DNA from: Candidatus Omnitrophota bacterium
GTDB lineage: Bacteria > Omnitrophota > Gorgyraeia > Tantalellales > Tantalellaceae
DNA: 64,000 nucleotides
Reading direction: 5' to 3'
Assembly: GCA_016783605.1 (NCBI GenBank)
Contig: JADHWG010000001.1
Location: forward strand, 4,712 to 68,711
Position 1 is the first letter of the stretch, and each line of letters opens with the position of its first letter. The position numbers were made by a program, and so were the translations under genes. The notes under the pieces are model-generated. The model worked only from the letters and a program-made list of their open reading frames with translations. It was not told the origin of the DNA and made no database searches. Below are positions 29,266 to 39,164 of the stretch, piece by piece.

Positions 29266-29416
29266 TAGAAACTGTTCATTTTTTATACATATCAGATATA
29301 TTTACACTTTTGCTTATATATTCTGCTCTTTTTGCATATAAGAATTTTTCTGAATGAGACCCTCCTCAAATGACTATCATTGAATAAGTACCTTTTCGGA
29401 GATAAAGAGATAAGAA

Positions 29417-29662
29417 CTATTGGTTATTGCCGATGAGGGCCAGTTTTTTAGTCCTGTTCCATTTCTTAAGCTGGATTTCGCGGTTTCTGGCTGTGGATTT
29501 ATCAGGATGCTCTTCCTGATAAACAAGTTCAACCGGGAGGCGCATTCTGGTGTATCTACTTGCCTTCTTTTTGTTGTGGCGTTCGACTCTTTTTGTAACG
29601 TCCGTGGTTATGCCGACATAGAGTTTGCCGTCATTGCATTGTAAAATATAAAGATACCACAT
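29417..29662 (-). CDS. GIY-YIG nuclease superfamily protein (UPF0213-like)
   Basis: YILQCNDGKLYVGITTDVTKRVERHN motif; I moved the start to MWYLY. Confidence 0.75.
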   Translation of the reverse strand: MWYLYILQCNDGKLYVGITTDVTKRVERHNKKKASRYTRMRLPVELVYQEEHPDKSTARNREIQLKKWNRTKKLALIGNNQ

Positions 29663-29693
29663 AAGCTTTGGTATGCCGTAAATTTGCATGATA

Positions 29694-29960
29694 CTGGCCC
29701 CTCGACTCGCTCTTCGAGCTCGCTCGGGGTCAAATATAAAAAGTCCCGATTAAGTGTTTTTTAACCGGGACTTCTTTTTCGCGTTACGTTTTTCTGGTCC
29801 CTCAACTCGCTAAAATGCTCCTTCTCGTCGCATTTCTTCACGCTCGTTCGGGATCAATTTTCGCGTTCGCGAAAATTGGTCCCTCAACTCGCTAAAATGC
29901 TCCTTCTCGTCGCATTTCTTCACGCTCGTTCGGGATCAATTTTCGCGTTCGCGAAAATTG
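29694..29960. repeat. tandem repeat: one degenerate plus two perfect 82-bp units abutting the tRNA-Lys 3' end
   Basis: The unit gtccctcaactcgctaaaatgctccttctcgtcgcatttcttcacgctcgttcgggatcaattttcgcgttcgcgaaaattg occupies 29797..29878 and 29879..29960. The last unit overlaps the tRNA CCA. On the tRNA strand each unit ends …GGGAC followed by CA. Confidence 0.8.
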
Positions 29961-30034
29961 GTGAGCCGCCTTGGACTCGAACCAAGCACCCACGCCTTAA
30001 AAGGGCGTTGCTCTACCGGATGAGCTAGCGGCCC
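29959..30034 (-). tRNA. tRNA-Lys (anticodon UUU), CCA encoded
   Basis: Acceptor stem GGGCCGC/GCGGCUC, anticodon arm ACGCC-CUUUUAA-GGCGU, T-arm GGTTCGAGTCC. Confidence 0.85.
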
Positions 30035-30054
30035 GATACTTTAACGTATCAGTA

Positions 30055-30621
30055 TCAGTTCATTATTTCTTTTTCTTTTTCAGCTAAAATTGTTTCCAGT
30101 TTTTTTGTGTAGTCAGTCGTCAATTTCTGTACTTTGTCTTTTGTAAGAAATTTGTCGTCTTCGGTCATTTTGTTATCTTTTTCAAATTTCGCGGCTACGT
30201 CGTTCGCGTGATGACGTGCGTTTCGTATTGAAACTTTTCCTTCTTCAACTATTCTGTGAAGCACTTTTACAAGTTCAACTCGTCTCTCTTTTGTTAACTG
30301 CGGCATGGAAAGACGTATAAGTTTGCCGTCGTTTATCGGGGTTATCCCTATGTCGGATGTCAGGATCGCTTTCTCTATCGGGTCCATGGAAGACTTATCC
30401 CACGGCTGGATCACTATCATACGCGGTTCCGGAATGGTTATATTCGCCAATTGTTTAAGCGGCGTTTTTGTGCCGTAATAATCTATTTTCACACTGTCAA
30501 CCAAACTCGGATGAGCTCTTCCGGTCCTGATGCTTGAAAATTGTTTTTTAACGGCCTCGAGCGCTGTTTTCATTTTAAGTTCGGACTCTTTTACAACTCT
30601 GTCAATTTCTGTTTGAATCAT
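30055..30621 (-). CDS. frr: ribosome recycling factor
   Basis: 188 aa with full-length family similarity. Confidence 0.9.
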   Translation of the reverse strand: MIQTEIDRVVKESELKMKTALEAVKKQFSSIRTGRAHPSLVDSVKIDYYGTKTPLKQLANITIPEPRMIVIQPWDKSSMDPIEKAILTSDIGITPINDGKLIRLSMPQLTKERRVELVKVLHRIVEEGKVSIRNARHHANDVAAKFEKDNKMTEDDKFLTKDKVQKLTTDYTKKLETILAEKEKEIMN

Positions 30622-30632
30622 AAAAACCTCCC

Positions 30633-31361
30633 TTAAGCGATCATCGTACCTATTTTTTCTCCGAGAATGGCGCGTTTTATGTTTCCTTTTTTCTTCATAT
30701 TAAAAACCACTATCGGCAAACTGTTATCCATACAAAGGCTTACCGCTGTTGAATCCATAACTTTCAGTTTGTTTTTCAGAACTTCCATGTAGTCAAGTTT
30801 TTCGAACTTTTTCGCGTCTTTGTATTTTACGGGATCCTTTGAATATACCCCGTCAACTTTTGTCGCCTTTAGAACCATGTCGGCTCCGATCTCTATCGCT
30901 CTGAGCGCGGCGGCGGTGTCAGTCGTAAAATACGGGTTTCCGGTTCCGCACACGAATATTACGACACGTTTTTTTTCCATGTGCCGTACGGCTCGACGGC
31001 GAATGTATGGTTCAGCAAGTTCACACATATCTATCGCCGTTAAAACCCGCGTATCCACTCCCGCTTTTTCCAAAGCGTCCTGAAGCGCGAGCCCGTTCAG
31101 CATTGTCGCCAACATTCCCATATAATCGGCGGTGGATCTGTCCATTCCTTTGGCGGCGGCGGACAAACCGCGAAAAATATTTCCTCCGCCTATAACTACC
31201 GCGATCTCCGCGGAGGATTTGCTTATTTCTTTTATTTCAAGAGAAATTGATTTTACAACCTCGGGATCCACTCCATATCCCAATTTACCCATAAGCGCTT
31301 CACCGCTTATTTTAAGTACTACACGTCTGAGTTTTTTCGTTTTCTTTGTCATTATTTCCAC
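30633..31361 (-). CDS. pyrH: UMP kinase
   Basis: Amino-acid kinase fold; the sequence [10 protein letters not shown] near the N-terminus and GGGN are its conserved motifs. Confidence 0.9.
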   Translation of the reverse strand: MEIMTKKTKKLRRVVLKISGEALMGKLGYGVDPEVVKSISLEIKEISKSSAEIAVVIGGGNIFRGLSAAAKGMDRSTADYMGMLATMLNGLALQDALEKAGVDTRVLTAIDMCELAEPYIRRRAVRHMEKKRVVIFVCGTGNPYFTTDTAAALRAIEIGADMVLKATKVDGVYSKDPVKYKDAKKFEKLDYMEVLKNKLKVMDSTAVSLCMDNSLPIVVFNMKKKGNIKRAILGEKIGTMIA

Positions 31362-31508
31362 TTCAACCAGTTTTCACTACTCCACCAACTAACACCAATT
31401 CACGGGCGGACGCAAGGCCCGCCCCTACACTTTACCATCCCCGATTCCACCTACGAGGTGGAATCGGGGGGACTAACGATTTTAAAGGTTTTTCTTTTGG
31501 ACTTTAAA

Positions 31509-31547
31509 TTTTGTCATCCCCGCTTAGCGCCTGCGGGGACAAGCTTG
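31509..31547. repeat. family-D palindrome (ttgtcatccccgcttagcgcctgcggggacaagcttg)
   Basis: Second copy at 40062..40098; related hairpin at 3662..3708. Confidence 0.6.
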
Positions 31548-31557
31548 TCATTCTATC

Positions 31558-32148
31558 TCAATATTCTTCTCCCACTTCAAACCTTGTGAACCTTTTTACC
31601 ACAATGTTCTCTCCAAGTTTCGCGATAAGTTGTGTCAGAAGTTCTTTTATCTTAAGGTTCGGGTCCTTTATAAAAGGCTGTTCTAAAAGACATACTTCCG
31701 AAAAATATTTGGAAAGCTTGCCTTCAACGATCTTTTCCGTCACGTTCGCGGGTTTGCCTTTAATCTGACTTCTGTATATCTCTTTTTCTTTTTCGATCGA
31801 TCTTTTAGGTACGCTCTCTATCGAAACATACATGGGATTCGCCGCGGCTACCTGCATGGCAAGTTCTTTTGTTATTTTTCTGAAGTCACCGTTTCTCGCG
31901 ACAAAATCCGTTTCACAGTTCACTTCAAGAAGAACTCCAATCCTGTTGCCGGTATGGATATAACATTCCACTAATCCCTGTCCCGCGATACGTGATGCTT
32001 TTTTCGCGGCTTTCGCTATACCTTTTTTTCTTAAAATGTCCACCGCTTTTTCGATATCACCGCCGGATTCTTTAAGAGCGCTTTTGCATTCCATCATCCC
32101 CGCGGATGTTTTAAATCTTAATTTTTTTACCGCTTCCAAAATATTCAT
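31558..32148 (-). CDS. tsf: elongation factor Ts (short form)
   Basis: [15 protein letters not shown]-like N-terminus. I moved the start to MNILEAV, which has a GGAGGGG ribosome-binding site. Confidence 0.85.
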   Translation of the reverse strand: MNILEAVKKLRFKTSAGMMECKSALKESGGDIEKAVDILRKKGIAKAAKKASRIAGQGLVECYIHTGNRIGVLLEVNCETDFVARNGDFRKITKELAMQVAAANPMYVSIESVPKRSIEKEKEIYRSQIKGKPANVTEKIVEGKLSKYFSEVCLLEQPFIKDPNLKIKELLTQLIAKLGENIVVKRFTRFEVGEEY

Positions 32149-32171
32149 TTCTTGTTCCCCTCCGTTTATCA

Positions 32172-33107
32172 TTATTCTTCCGTAGTGTCGAGTTTTATAT
32201 CCCCTTCTAAAAGTTCATCTTCCGAAGCCGGTTTGACCCCAGACTCCTCGGGGGACACTTTTTTAGGCTCTTTAGGCGCCGCTTCCTCGTTCGAAACCTG
32301 TTCACTCGTAGCCGCTTCTTTAGGCGGAATGACTTCGGGCGCTGTTTCCGGCTCTTTCGTTTCCGCCTCGGGTGTCTTTATTTCCGCTTCATCGCTTTCG
32401 GTTTTTTTCGGGACAATAGTTCCTCGCGCTCCTTTTAAAACCGCTTCGGCGAGTGTGGAAACAATATATTTTACGGACCTGATGGCATCGTCGTTACCGG
32501 GTATCGGATATTCTATCATTTCCGGGTCGCAATTGGTATCAATCAGAGCAATAACGGGGATCCCGATCTTGCGCGCTTCTTTAATCGCGATGTTTTCCGC
32601 CTCCGCGTCAACAACAATAAGACAATTCGGAAGCACGTTCATCTCTCTTACGCCTTCCAAGTTTTTGAGAAGTTTATATTCGTCTTTGTCTATATGGGCT
32701 TTTTCTTTTTTTGACAAAGATTCATAAACTTCGCTTTTTTTCATTTCTTGAATATGGTTAAGCTTTTCAACACTTTTTCTGATGGTCGTGAAGTTGGTAA
32801 GGCATCCCCCAAGCCATCTTTCGTTAACATAAAACATCCCGCATCTCTTAGCTTCGTCTTTTATTGTATCTTTCGCTTGTTTTTTTGTTCCCGCGAAAAG
32901 TACTGTTTTTCTTTCCGCGGCGAGAGTCATAAGAAACTCTTCCGCGCGAGCTAAGGCCTCTTCCGTTTTCTTGAGGTCTATTATATATATTCCGCTTCTT
33001 TCTCCGAAAATATATTTCTCCATTTTCGGGTTCCACTTATTTGTCTGATGCCCGAAATGTACACCGTTCTCCAAAAGTTCTCTTATTACCTTTGATCTCA
33101 TCGCCAT
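32172..33107 (-). CDS. rpsB: 30S ribosomal protein S2 with acidic/Pro-rich C-terminal extension
   Basis: Conserved S2 core (first ~230 aa) plus a ~80-aa low-complexity tail. Confidence 0.9.
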   Translation of the reverse strand: MAMRSKVIRELLENGVHFGHQTNKWNPKMEKYIFGERSGIYIIDLKKTEEALARAEEFLMTLAAERKTVLFAGTKKQAKDTIKDEAKRCGMFYVNERWLGGCLTNFTTIRKSVEKLNHIQEMKKSEVYESLSKKEKAHIDKDEYKLLKNLEGVREMNVLPNCLIVVDAEAENIAIKEARKIGIPVIALIDTNCDPEMIEYPIPGNDDAIRSVKYIVSTLAEAVLKGARGTIVPKKTESDEAEIKTPEAETKEPETAPEVIPPKEAATSEQVSNEEAAPKEPKKVSPEESGVKPASEDELLEGDIKLDTTEE

Positions 33108-33283
33108 GTCCTTCTCCTTCTTACTTCGGTCTGTCTCGCATTTTACGCGATTAAAAATTTTGATACACTCAAAATCATCGCGCGCAAAAAGACGTAACCG
33201 TTTTAATGTTAAAATCGCATTATAACTGAACGATTATTATATAAAAAATCAGCATAAATTCAAGCAAAATATGCTTTTTTGTC

Positions 33284-33413
33284 GTAGGGGCACGGCATGC
33301 CGTGCCATTTACCGCACCAATCATCGATCCAATGAGGGCACGGCATGCCGTGCCATTTACCGCACCAATCATCGATCCAATGAGGGCACGGCATGCCGTG
33401 CCCCTACGAGGTT
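33284..33413. repeat. BIME-like array: three REP-A palindromes (GGGCACGGCATGCCGTGCC) separated by an identical 28-bp linker
   Basis: Cores at ~33288, 33336 and 33384; linker atttaccgcaccaatcatcgatccaatga. Its 'spacers' are identical, so it is not a CRISPR. Confidence 0.8.
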
Positions 33414-33433
33414 GTTTTAGAACGTGTTAAAAT

Positions 33434-35251
33434 TTACACCTCTTGATCTGCAAATTGTATTTCGTAAAGCCTTTTATATAAAGGACTTGTGCTGAGAAGC
33501 TCGTCGTGCGAGCCCATACCTTTGATCTTTCCTTTATCTATGACTACAATCTTATCGGCATGTTTTATCGTGCTTAAGCGATGCGCGATCACAATTACCG
33601 TACGACCTTTCATTAGGTTATTGATCGCGTCCTGCACAAGTTTCTCGCTTTCGGTATCCAACTGAGAAGTTGCTTCGTCAAATATGAGGATCGGCGGGTT
33701 CTTGTATACGGCTCTGGCTATCGCGATCCTTTGCCGTTGTCCTCCGGATATTTTAAGACCTCTTTCTCCGATCATGGTCTCATATCCGGAAGGGAATTCT
33801 TTTATGAATCTATGCGCGTTGGCCGCTTTCGCGACACGTACAAGCTGTTTTTCGTCGATGTCTTCGTGTCCGTAACTTATGTTTTCTTTCACCGTATCGT
33901 TAAAAAGAAGTGTTTCCTGTGTTACAAACCCTATTTTTTCTCTAAGCTCTTTTATTGAAACGTCCTTTAAGTCTACCCCGTCAATCGTAACACTACCCGT
34001 ACCGGGATCATAAAACCTGGGGATAAGATTCACCAATGTGCTTTTGCCTCCCCCGGAAGGCCCGACAAGAGCAACTATTGTTCCTTTCTCTATCTTAAGA
34101 TCTATCCCTGAAAGAACGTTTTCCTTATCATATTTGAACGAAACGTTATTTATCTGAATATCTTTTTCAAAAGCTCCCAAAGAAACGGGATTTTCTTTTT
34201 CCACTATCGTAACCGGTTCATCCCAAAGATCGAAAATGCGATCCGCCGCGGCAAGAGCCTGTTGGTTTATTCCGTAAACGTTGCTTAACTTTTTTACCGG
34301 TTTCATCATTGAAAAAACCGCGGCGATAAACGTTGAAAAAACTCCCACCGACAAACTGCCGCTGACAATGTCTTTGCCCGCCATCCACAATATTACTGCC
34401 ACACAGAAAACTCCCATGCATTCGGTCATGGGGCTTACTATCTTCATTCTTTTTACGGATTTCATGTTCAATCGAAAAAACGTCTGGTTATGTTCTTTAA
34501 AACGTTTCCATTCATAATCCTGCATGCAAAATGATTTCACCAATTTTACGCCGGATATCGTCTCAAGAAGCATGTTGTTGATGTCGCCGATCTTTTCCTG
34601 CGAACTCTTGCTGATTTTCCTAAGCCTCTTACCTATTTTTACAACCGGATACAAGATCATCGGGAACAAAATAAGACTGACGAGTATGAGTTTCCACGAA
34701 ACTCCCATATAGATCGCGCCGGCCAAAATGGCCGTGTAACATATGATCTGTATGGGCTGATAAAACGTGTCCGCCAGACCACTGCTAATGGCGTCTCTGA
34801 TCACCGCCGCGTCATACGTGATACGCGACATTAACTGACCCGTAGGGTTATGGCTGTAGAAATCCATTGAAAGGGACTGTAATTTCTTATACGTCTCGTT
34901 TTTAACGTCACGAATAACACGTTGGCTAACATCTGTCATCAAATAATTCTGAAAAAATTCAAAGATGCCTTTAAGAACAAACATCACAACCACGAGAATT
35001 GTCAAAGTGTTCAGAAGCTGTAGCGCCGGCATTTCGTTGATCTTGGTGATAATATCCGTAAGAAATTGCGGAACCGGAACCCCCTGAGGCACAGCTATCT
35101 GTTTGCCTGTTATTACCCTGTCAATCAAGGGTATGAGTAGACCCAGCGGAGACGCGCTGAAAAGTGTAGACAAGATCATACACCCGACAGCCATGGCAAA
35201 GATCCAGCCATGAGGCACAATAAGTTTTATAAATCTGAAATAACTCTTCAT
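33434..35251 (-). CDS. ABC transporter permease/ATPase fusion, MsbA-like lipid exporter
   Basis: 6-TM domain plus Walker A GPSGGGKST, LSGGQRQR and Walker B IFDEATS. Confidence 0.8.
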   Translation of the reverse strand: MKSYFRFIKLIVPHGWIFAMAVGCMILSTLFSASPLGLLIPLIDRVITGKQIAVPQGVPVPQFLTDIITKINEMPALQLLNTLTILVVVMFVLKGIFEFFQNYLMTDVSQRVIRDVKNETYKKLQSLSMDFYSHNPTGQLMSRITYDAAVIRDAISSGLADTFYQPIQIICYTAILAGAIYMGVSWKLILVSLILFPMILYPVVKIGKRLRKISKSSQEKIGDINNMLLETISGVKLVKSFCMQDYEWKRFKEHNQTFFRLNMKSVKRMKIVSPMTECMGVFCVAVILWMAGKDIVSGSLSVGVFSTFIAAVFSMMKPVKKLSNVYGINQQALAAADRIFDLWDEPVTIVEKENPVSLGAFEKDIQINNVSFKYDKENVLSGIDLKIEKGTIVALVGPSGGGKSTLVNLIPRFYDPGTGSVTIDGVDLKDVSIKELREKIGFVTQETLLFNDTVKENISYGHEDIDEKQLVRVAKAANAHRFIKEFPSGYETMIGERGLKISGGQRQRIAIARAVYKNPPILIFDEATSQLDTESEKLVQDAINNLMKGRTVIVIAHRLSTIKHADKIVVIDKGKIKGMGSHDELLSTSPLYKRLYEIQFADQEV

Positions 35252-35454
35252 ATGTATTCACCTTACGTTATAATACTCGGGAAAATCCTTAAACCCAGAT
35301 ATTGCATTAGAACATGGCGAAGAATGCAATATCTGGGTTAAACATAACTGGTAAATCTTAGCACACATGCCCGCTATTGTCGAGAATTTCAGCATCCCCC
35401 ACCCAACACCCAATGCTAACTTTTATTATCTTAACCCACCTTGCTGGCAACTTC

Positions 35455-35535
35455 GTAGGGGCACGGCATGCCGTGCCCTTTATCACACAAATCACCAATC
35501 CCATGAGGGCACGGCATGCCGTGCCCCTACGAGGT
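35455..35535. repeat. BIME-like composite: REP-A, linker tttatcacacaaatcaccaatcccatga, REP-A, fused to a family-B half-site
   Basis: The same architecture recurs at 13180..13270. Confidence 0.8.
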
Positions 35536-35649
35536 GGAATTGATGTTATGAGACTCACCGTGTAAATACTTGCTCATGACACTCAATAATGATATAATTC
35601 CTCGGTAACGTTTTAGTGACTTTAATAGCAATCTTACACGGAGATTTTA

Positions 35650-36603
35650 ATGGAAAAACTTCGAATCGCCGTAATAGGCGCGGGACATCTTGGCTCTCTG
35701 CATACCAAAATATATGCCGCGTTAAAACATAAAATGGAACTCGATCTGGTTGGTGTCGCGGACGTAAAAAAAAGTGTCGCCAAAGAAGTCGCGCGGAAAT
35801 ATAATACAAATTATTTTACAAATTATAACGATCTTATGGATAAGGTGGATGCCGTAAGCATCGTTGTCCCCACCAGTCTGCATTACGCGGTCGCGAAAGA
35901 TTTTTTGAAAGCCGGCAAAGACGTCTTGATCGAAAAGCCCGTCACGAAAACTCTGGAAGAAGTGAACGAACTCATAACTCTCGCCAAGGCTAAAGATCTT
36001 ATTATGCAGGTCGGACATATCGAAAGGTTTAATTCCGCCGTCAGAGCCGTGGAGCCGTTTCTTAAAAAACCGAAATTTATCGAATGTCAAAGACTCGGTT
36101 CCATAAGCAGAAAGCGCCGGATCAAAGATGTCGGCGTTGTGCTTGACCTGATGATCCACGACATTGACATCATCTTGGGGCTGGTTAATTCCACGGTTAA
36201 AAACATTGAAGCCGTAGGCATAAGCACGGTTTCAGATCATGAAGATATCGCGAATGTGCGTCTCACTTTTCAGAACAACGTGATCGCGGATATTACCGCC
36301 AGCCGCGTAACAAAAGAGGAAACCCGCAAGATCAGAATTTTTCAGGAAAACTCTTATATACTTCTGGATTTTCTGCACCAGGAAGCTTCCCTGTTCCAAG
36401 GCTCGGATAAAAAACTTCTTAAAGAAAAGATCAAGATCAAGAAAAAGGAACCCTTAAAGGTCGAGCTTAAATCTTTCATAAATTCTGTTTTAACGAGAAA
36501 GAAACCCATAGTTTCCGGGTATGAAGGAAAACAAGCGCTTGAAGTCGCGCTCGCGATCTTGGAAAAAATAAATTCCAAAATGAACCCGGCGCTTATTAGT
36601 TAA
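35650..36603 (+). CDS. Gfo/Idh/MocA-family NAD(P)-dependent oxidoreductase (GnnA-like, next to lpxB)
   Basis: N-terminal Rossmann motif IAVIGAGHLGSLH, with family-typical length and C-terminal domain. Confidence 0.65.
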   Translation: MEKLRIAVIGAGHLGSLHTKIYAALKHKMELDLVGVADVKKSVAKEVARKYNTNYFTNYNDLMDKVDAVSIVVPTSLHYAVAKDFLKAGKDVLIEKPVTKTLEEVNELITLAKAKDLIMQVGHIERFNSAVRAVEPFLKKPKFIECQRLGSISRKRRIKDVGVVLDLMIHDIDIILGLVNSTVKNIEAVGISTVSDHEDIANVRLTFQNNVIADITASRVTKEETRKIRIFQENSYILLDFLHQEASLFQGSDKKLLKEKIKIKKKEPLKVELKSFINSVLTRKKPIVSGYEGKQALEVALAILEKINSKMNPALIS

Positions 36604-36625
36604 CCTCAAAAACACAACATTAATA

Positions 36626-37762
36626 ATGAATAAAAATATCCTCATAATATCCGGTGAACCTTCCGGCGACATGCGCGGAGGAGAATTGGTAAAGGAACTC
36701 TCAAAACTGGTTCCTGATCTTGAGTTCTGGGGTATCGGCGGCGACTCGATGAAACGTGAAGGCGTGTCTCTCTCTGAACATATTCGGGATTTTTCGTTTG
36801 TGGGAGCGTGGGAAGTTCTTTGTAATCTTGGCAAGATCCGTTCTCAATACAAAGATCTAACGGAACTTATTCTGAAAAAAAAACCACGCGCGGCTATTTT
36901 GATTGATTATCCCGGTTTTAATTTACGAATAGCGCGGTTTTTATATGAGCACAAAATTCCCGTGATCTATTACATCATCCCCCAGGTGTGGGCGTGGGGA
37001 GCGGGCAGAGTGAAGCATTTGAGAGATCATGTGGATAAAACTCTTGTTCTCTTTAAATTTGAAGAAACCTTTTTAACCAAGCGTGGAGTAAACGCTGAAT
37101 TCGCGGGTCATCCTTTGGTAGACACTGTCGCGCCTCCGGCGAATGAAAAACGCGAAGAAACCGTTCCGGATCACTTTACGATCGCGCTTTTGCCGGGCTC
37201 AAGAAAACATGAAGTTCAGAGTTTACTCCCTGTCATGCTCCAAACCGCCGAAAAGATCAGTCTTAAAAAACCGGGGATCCGTTTCATTGTCGCGGAAAAT
37301 TCCAACGTAGATAGGTCCTTATACGATTCGCTTCTTTCGCCTTACGCGCATCTCTCCATTACACGTGTTACAAACAAAACGTTTAACGCGCTAGATATGG
37401 CCGACTTCGCCATCATAACTTCGGGGACGGCGACACTTGAGGCGGCTCTCTTAAAAAAACCAATGATCATCACATATAAAGCGGCTTTCATCACTTTCGT
37501 TTTATACCACATAGTTAATAAAGCCCCTTTTCTCGGATTGGTTAATATCATAGCGGGGAAAAAAATCGTTCCGGAACTTCTTCAGAATGACGCAAAAAGC
37601 GAAAAATTGGCCGCCGAAACGTTAGAGATAATTTCGCGTCCGGATAAAATGCGCGAAACAAAAGAAGCCCTCCAAAAAGTCGCCGACGCGTTAGGCGAAA
37701 AAGGCGCCGCTTTAAGAGCCGCCCGATCCATCGCCAAATTCCTTCGTGAAAAAAATATTTAA
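36626..37762 (+). CDS. lpxB: lipid-A-disaccharide synthase
   Basis: LpxB N-terminus ILIISGEPSGD…GIGGD and GT-B fold, full length (378 aa). Confidence 0.85.
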   Translation: MNKNILIISGEPSGDMRGGELVKELSKLVPDLEFWGIGGDSMKREGVSLSEHIRDFSFVGAWEVLCNLGKIRSQYKDLTELILKKKPRAAILIDYPGFNLRIARFLYEHKIPVIYYIIPQVWAWGAGRVKHLRDHVDKTLVLFKFEETFLTKRGVNAEFAGHPLVDTVAPPANEKREETVPDHFTIALLPGSRKHEVQSLLPVMLQTAEKISLKKPGIRFIVAENSNVDRSLYDSLLSPYAHLSITRVTNKTFNALDMADFAIITSGTATLEAALLKKPMIITYKAAFITFVLYHIVNKAPFLGLVNIIAGKKIVPELLQNDAKSEKLAAETLEIISRPDKMRETKEALQKVADALGEKGAALRAARSIAKFLREKNI

Positions 37763-37902
37763 TACACACATCATCCAATACCGTAAATTAATAGGACGAG
37801 AGGCCAATCACTAGCCTACGAGAATAGTGGTTGAAAGTTGTTGTTCCTTCGTTTTTCGAAAAAGGAATAGATTCATCCGAAAGAAAATGTTTATGGAATG
37901 AA

Positions 37903-37932
37903 AACGCCCACCTTTTAAAGTGGGCGTTTTAA
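37903..37932. terminator. bidirectional intrinsic terminator (aaacgcccaccttttaaagtgggcgtttt)
   Basis: Perfect 10-bp stem flanked by A/T runs, ~140 bp downstream of the 223-aa ORF. Confidence 0.6.
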
Positions 37933-38070
37933 ACTTTCCAGTGCCTAGTCAGTGACCACTACAACCACCCCCACTGGATAGGACAGAGGTTGGGCCATCC
38001 TGACATCTCAACTACGTAGTAGATAGTGCCATGTTTTCACCAAGAAGTCAAGGCTTCTTTATTAATGCTA

Positions 38071-38742
38071 CTATCTAGCTATATCCCTCCCTCTATATGG
38101 ACGAGACCGACAGATTTTCTTCAATAACTCTAGCTCATTATCAGGAGTATAAGCTGTTACAAAGCTCATAGGAGAACCGGCCTTTTTCTTAGTAACAATC
38201 AAGTAATTATTGACCTTATTCTCATACTTTTTCGTCACTTCATCTTTATACCTAATGAGAAACTGCATAACATAGTAATATGTAATCCAGTTGTCTTCAT
38301 TTAATTCATATATTTGTGTAGCATTTTCAAGTGTATATTTTATCCAGGGTAGTCTTTTTGCTCTACTTCGTTGAAAATTTTCGTCAGTTTTTATTTTTTT
38401 ACCCGTAAACGGATCTTTAAATAGACTATCAAACACTTTGTCTCCCAGCGTCACGATTCTACCGTACTTATCTTTGCTCCCTTTAGGAATTTTCCTCAAG
38501 TAATATTCTAAAGCCTCGTCTTGGCTTAAATTTTCTTTTCTCATCAAAATCGCAAGTTCATCCGTACATTCAATGGGGCGGACTTTGAGATTGAAATCTG
38601 TTACCAAATCTATTGCTTCATGTATCATTACAGGCTTCAAATTTGGCTTTCTATATGCGATTTGCTTAAAGGATAATACTTTCAGAATAGTACAGAATAT
38701 ATTTCCTAAATAATTTCTGTTTGCTTTTGAAAAAGTTCTCAA
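38071..38742 (-). CDS. hypothetical 223-aa protein (no recognisable family) in AT-rich islet
   Basis: ORF at about 33% GC, against ~47% in the flanks. Its start overlaps the stop of the upstream PilZ gene (ATGA). Confidence 0.5.
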   Translation of the reverse strand: MRTFSKANRNYLGNIFCTILKVLSFKQIAYRKPNLKPVMIHEAIDLVTDFNLKVRPIECTDELAILMRKENLSQDEALEYYLRKIPKGSKDKYGRIVTLGDKVFDSLFKDPFTGKKIKTDENFQRSRAKRLPWIKYTLENATQIYELNEDNWITYYYVMQFLIRYKDEVTKKYENKVNNYLIVTKKKAGSPMSFVTAYTPDNELELLKKICRSRPYRGRDIAR

Positions 38743-39077
38743 TTGTGAAGAAAAGTTCTGTTTTTTATTCTTTGTTCAAAGCAAATATGTTCTTTAATTT
38801 TTTTAGATAATTCGGTATTTTTGCTCCTAAATTTTATGCCACTATTCTTAGATTGAGCCCATACAACTTCTCCGCTTATTCCATGTGTTTTCAAATATCG
38901 ATCAAACGAAATATGTAAAAATACGCTACTCCCTTTAGGGATATCCGCAGAAGCCCTTAGACCTGTCAAACTAATATCTTTGCAAACAGAATCTACTTTA
39001 CGACCTCCAGGCTTCAACAAATAAGCAATTTTAACATCTTTTGATGGAACCCGTATGTGATCCCTATTTTCTTTCAT
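38739..39077 (-). CDS. PilZ-domain protein (putative c-di-GMP receptor)
   Basis: RxxxR (RDHIR) and D-x-S-x-x-G (DISLTG) c-di-GMP-binding motifs in a 112-aa protein. Confidence 0.55.
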   Translation of the reverse strand: MKENRDHIRVPSKDVKIAYLLKPGGRKVDSVCKDISLTGLRASADIPKGSSVFLHISFDRYLKTHGISGEVVWAQSKNSGIKFRSKNTELSKKIKEHICFEQRIKNRTFLHN

Positions 39078-39164
39078 TAAAAAATATTCCTCTATCCTAA
39101 TGTTGAAACAGACATTTAACTTACGAGATTAAGCGGTTCCGCTCTATTTACCAACGACTATTCG

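Noticed and set aside
29797-29960. The 82-bp tandem unit as a degenerate duplicated tRNA or tRNA-like SINE.
   Set aside because: Apart from the terminal …ACCA, no D-arm or T-arm (GGTTCGA) homology could be found by eye. I retained it only as a possible att-scar hypothesis, not as a tRNA feature.}
29959-30034. tRNA initially read with anticodon UUA (a stop-codon suppressor).
   Set aside because: Re-registering the cloverleaf (acceptor stem GGGCCGC, 5-bp anticodon stem ACGCC/GGCGU) puts UUU at positions 34-36, so this is an ordinary tRNA-Lys.}
33284-33413. Possible CRISPR array (three identical 20-bp repeats with ~28-bp spacers).
   Set aside because: The repeats are perfect palindromes of the dispersed REP-A family, the 'spacers' are identical to each other and to linkers at two other loci, and there are no cas genes. 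It is a BIME-like repeat array.}
35650-36603. Calling the Gfo/Idh/MocA oxidoreductase definitively gnnA (UDP-GlcNAc 3-dehydrogenase).
   Set aside because: Only family membership and position next to lpxB support it. No partner aminotransferase (gnnB) is visible in the window, so I left it as a generic family call.}
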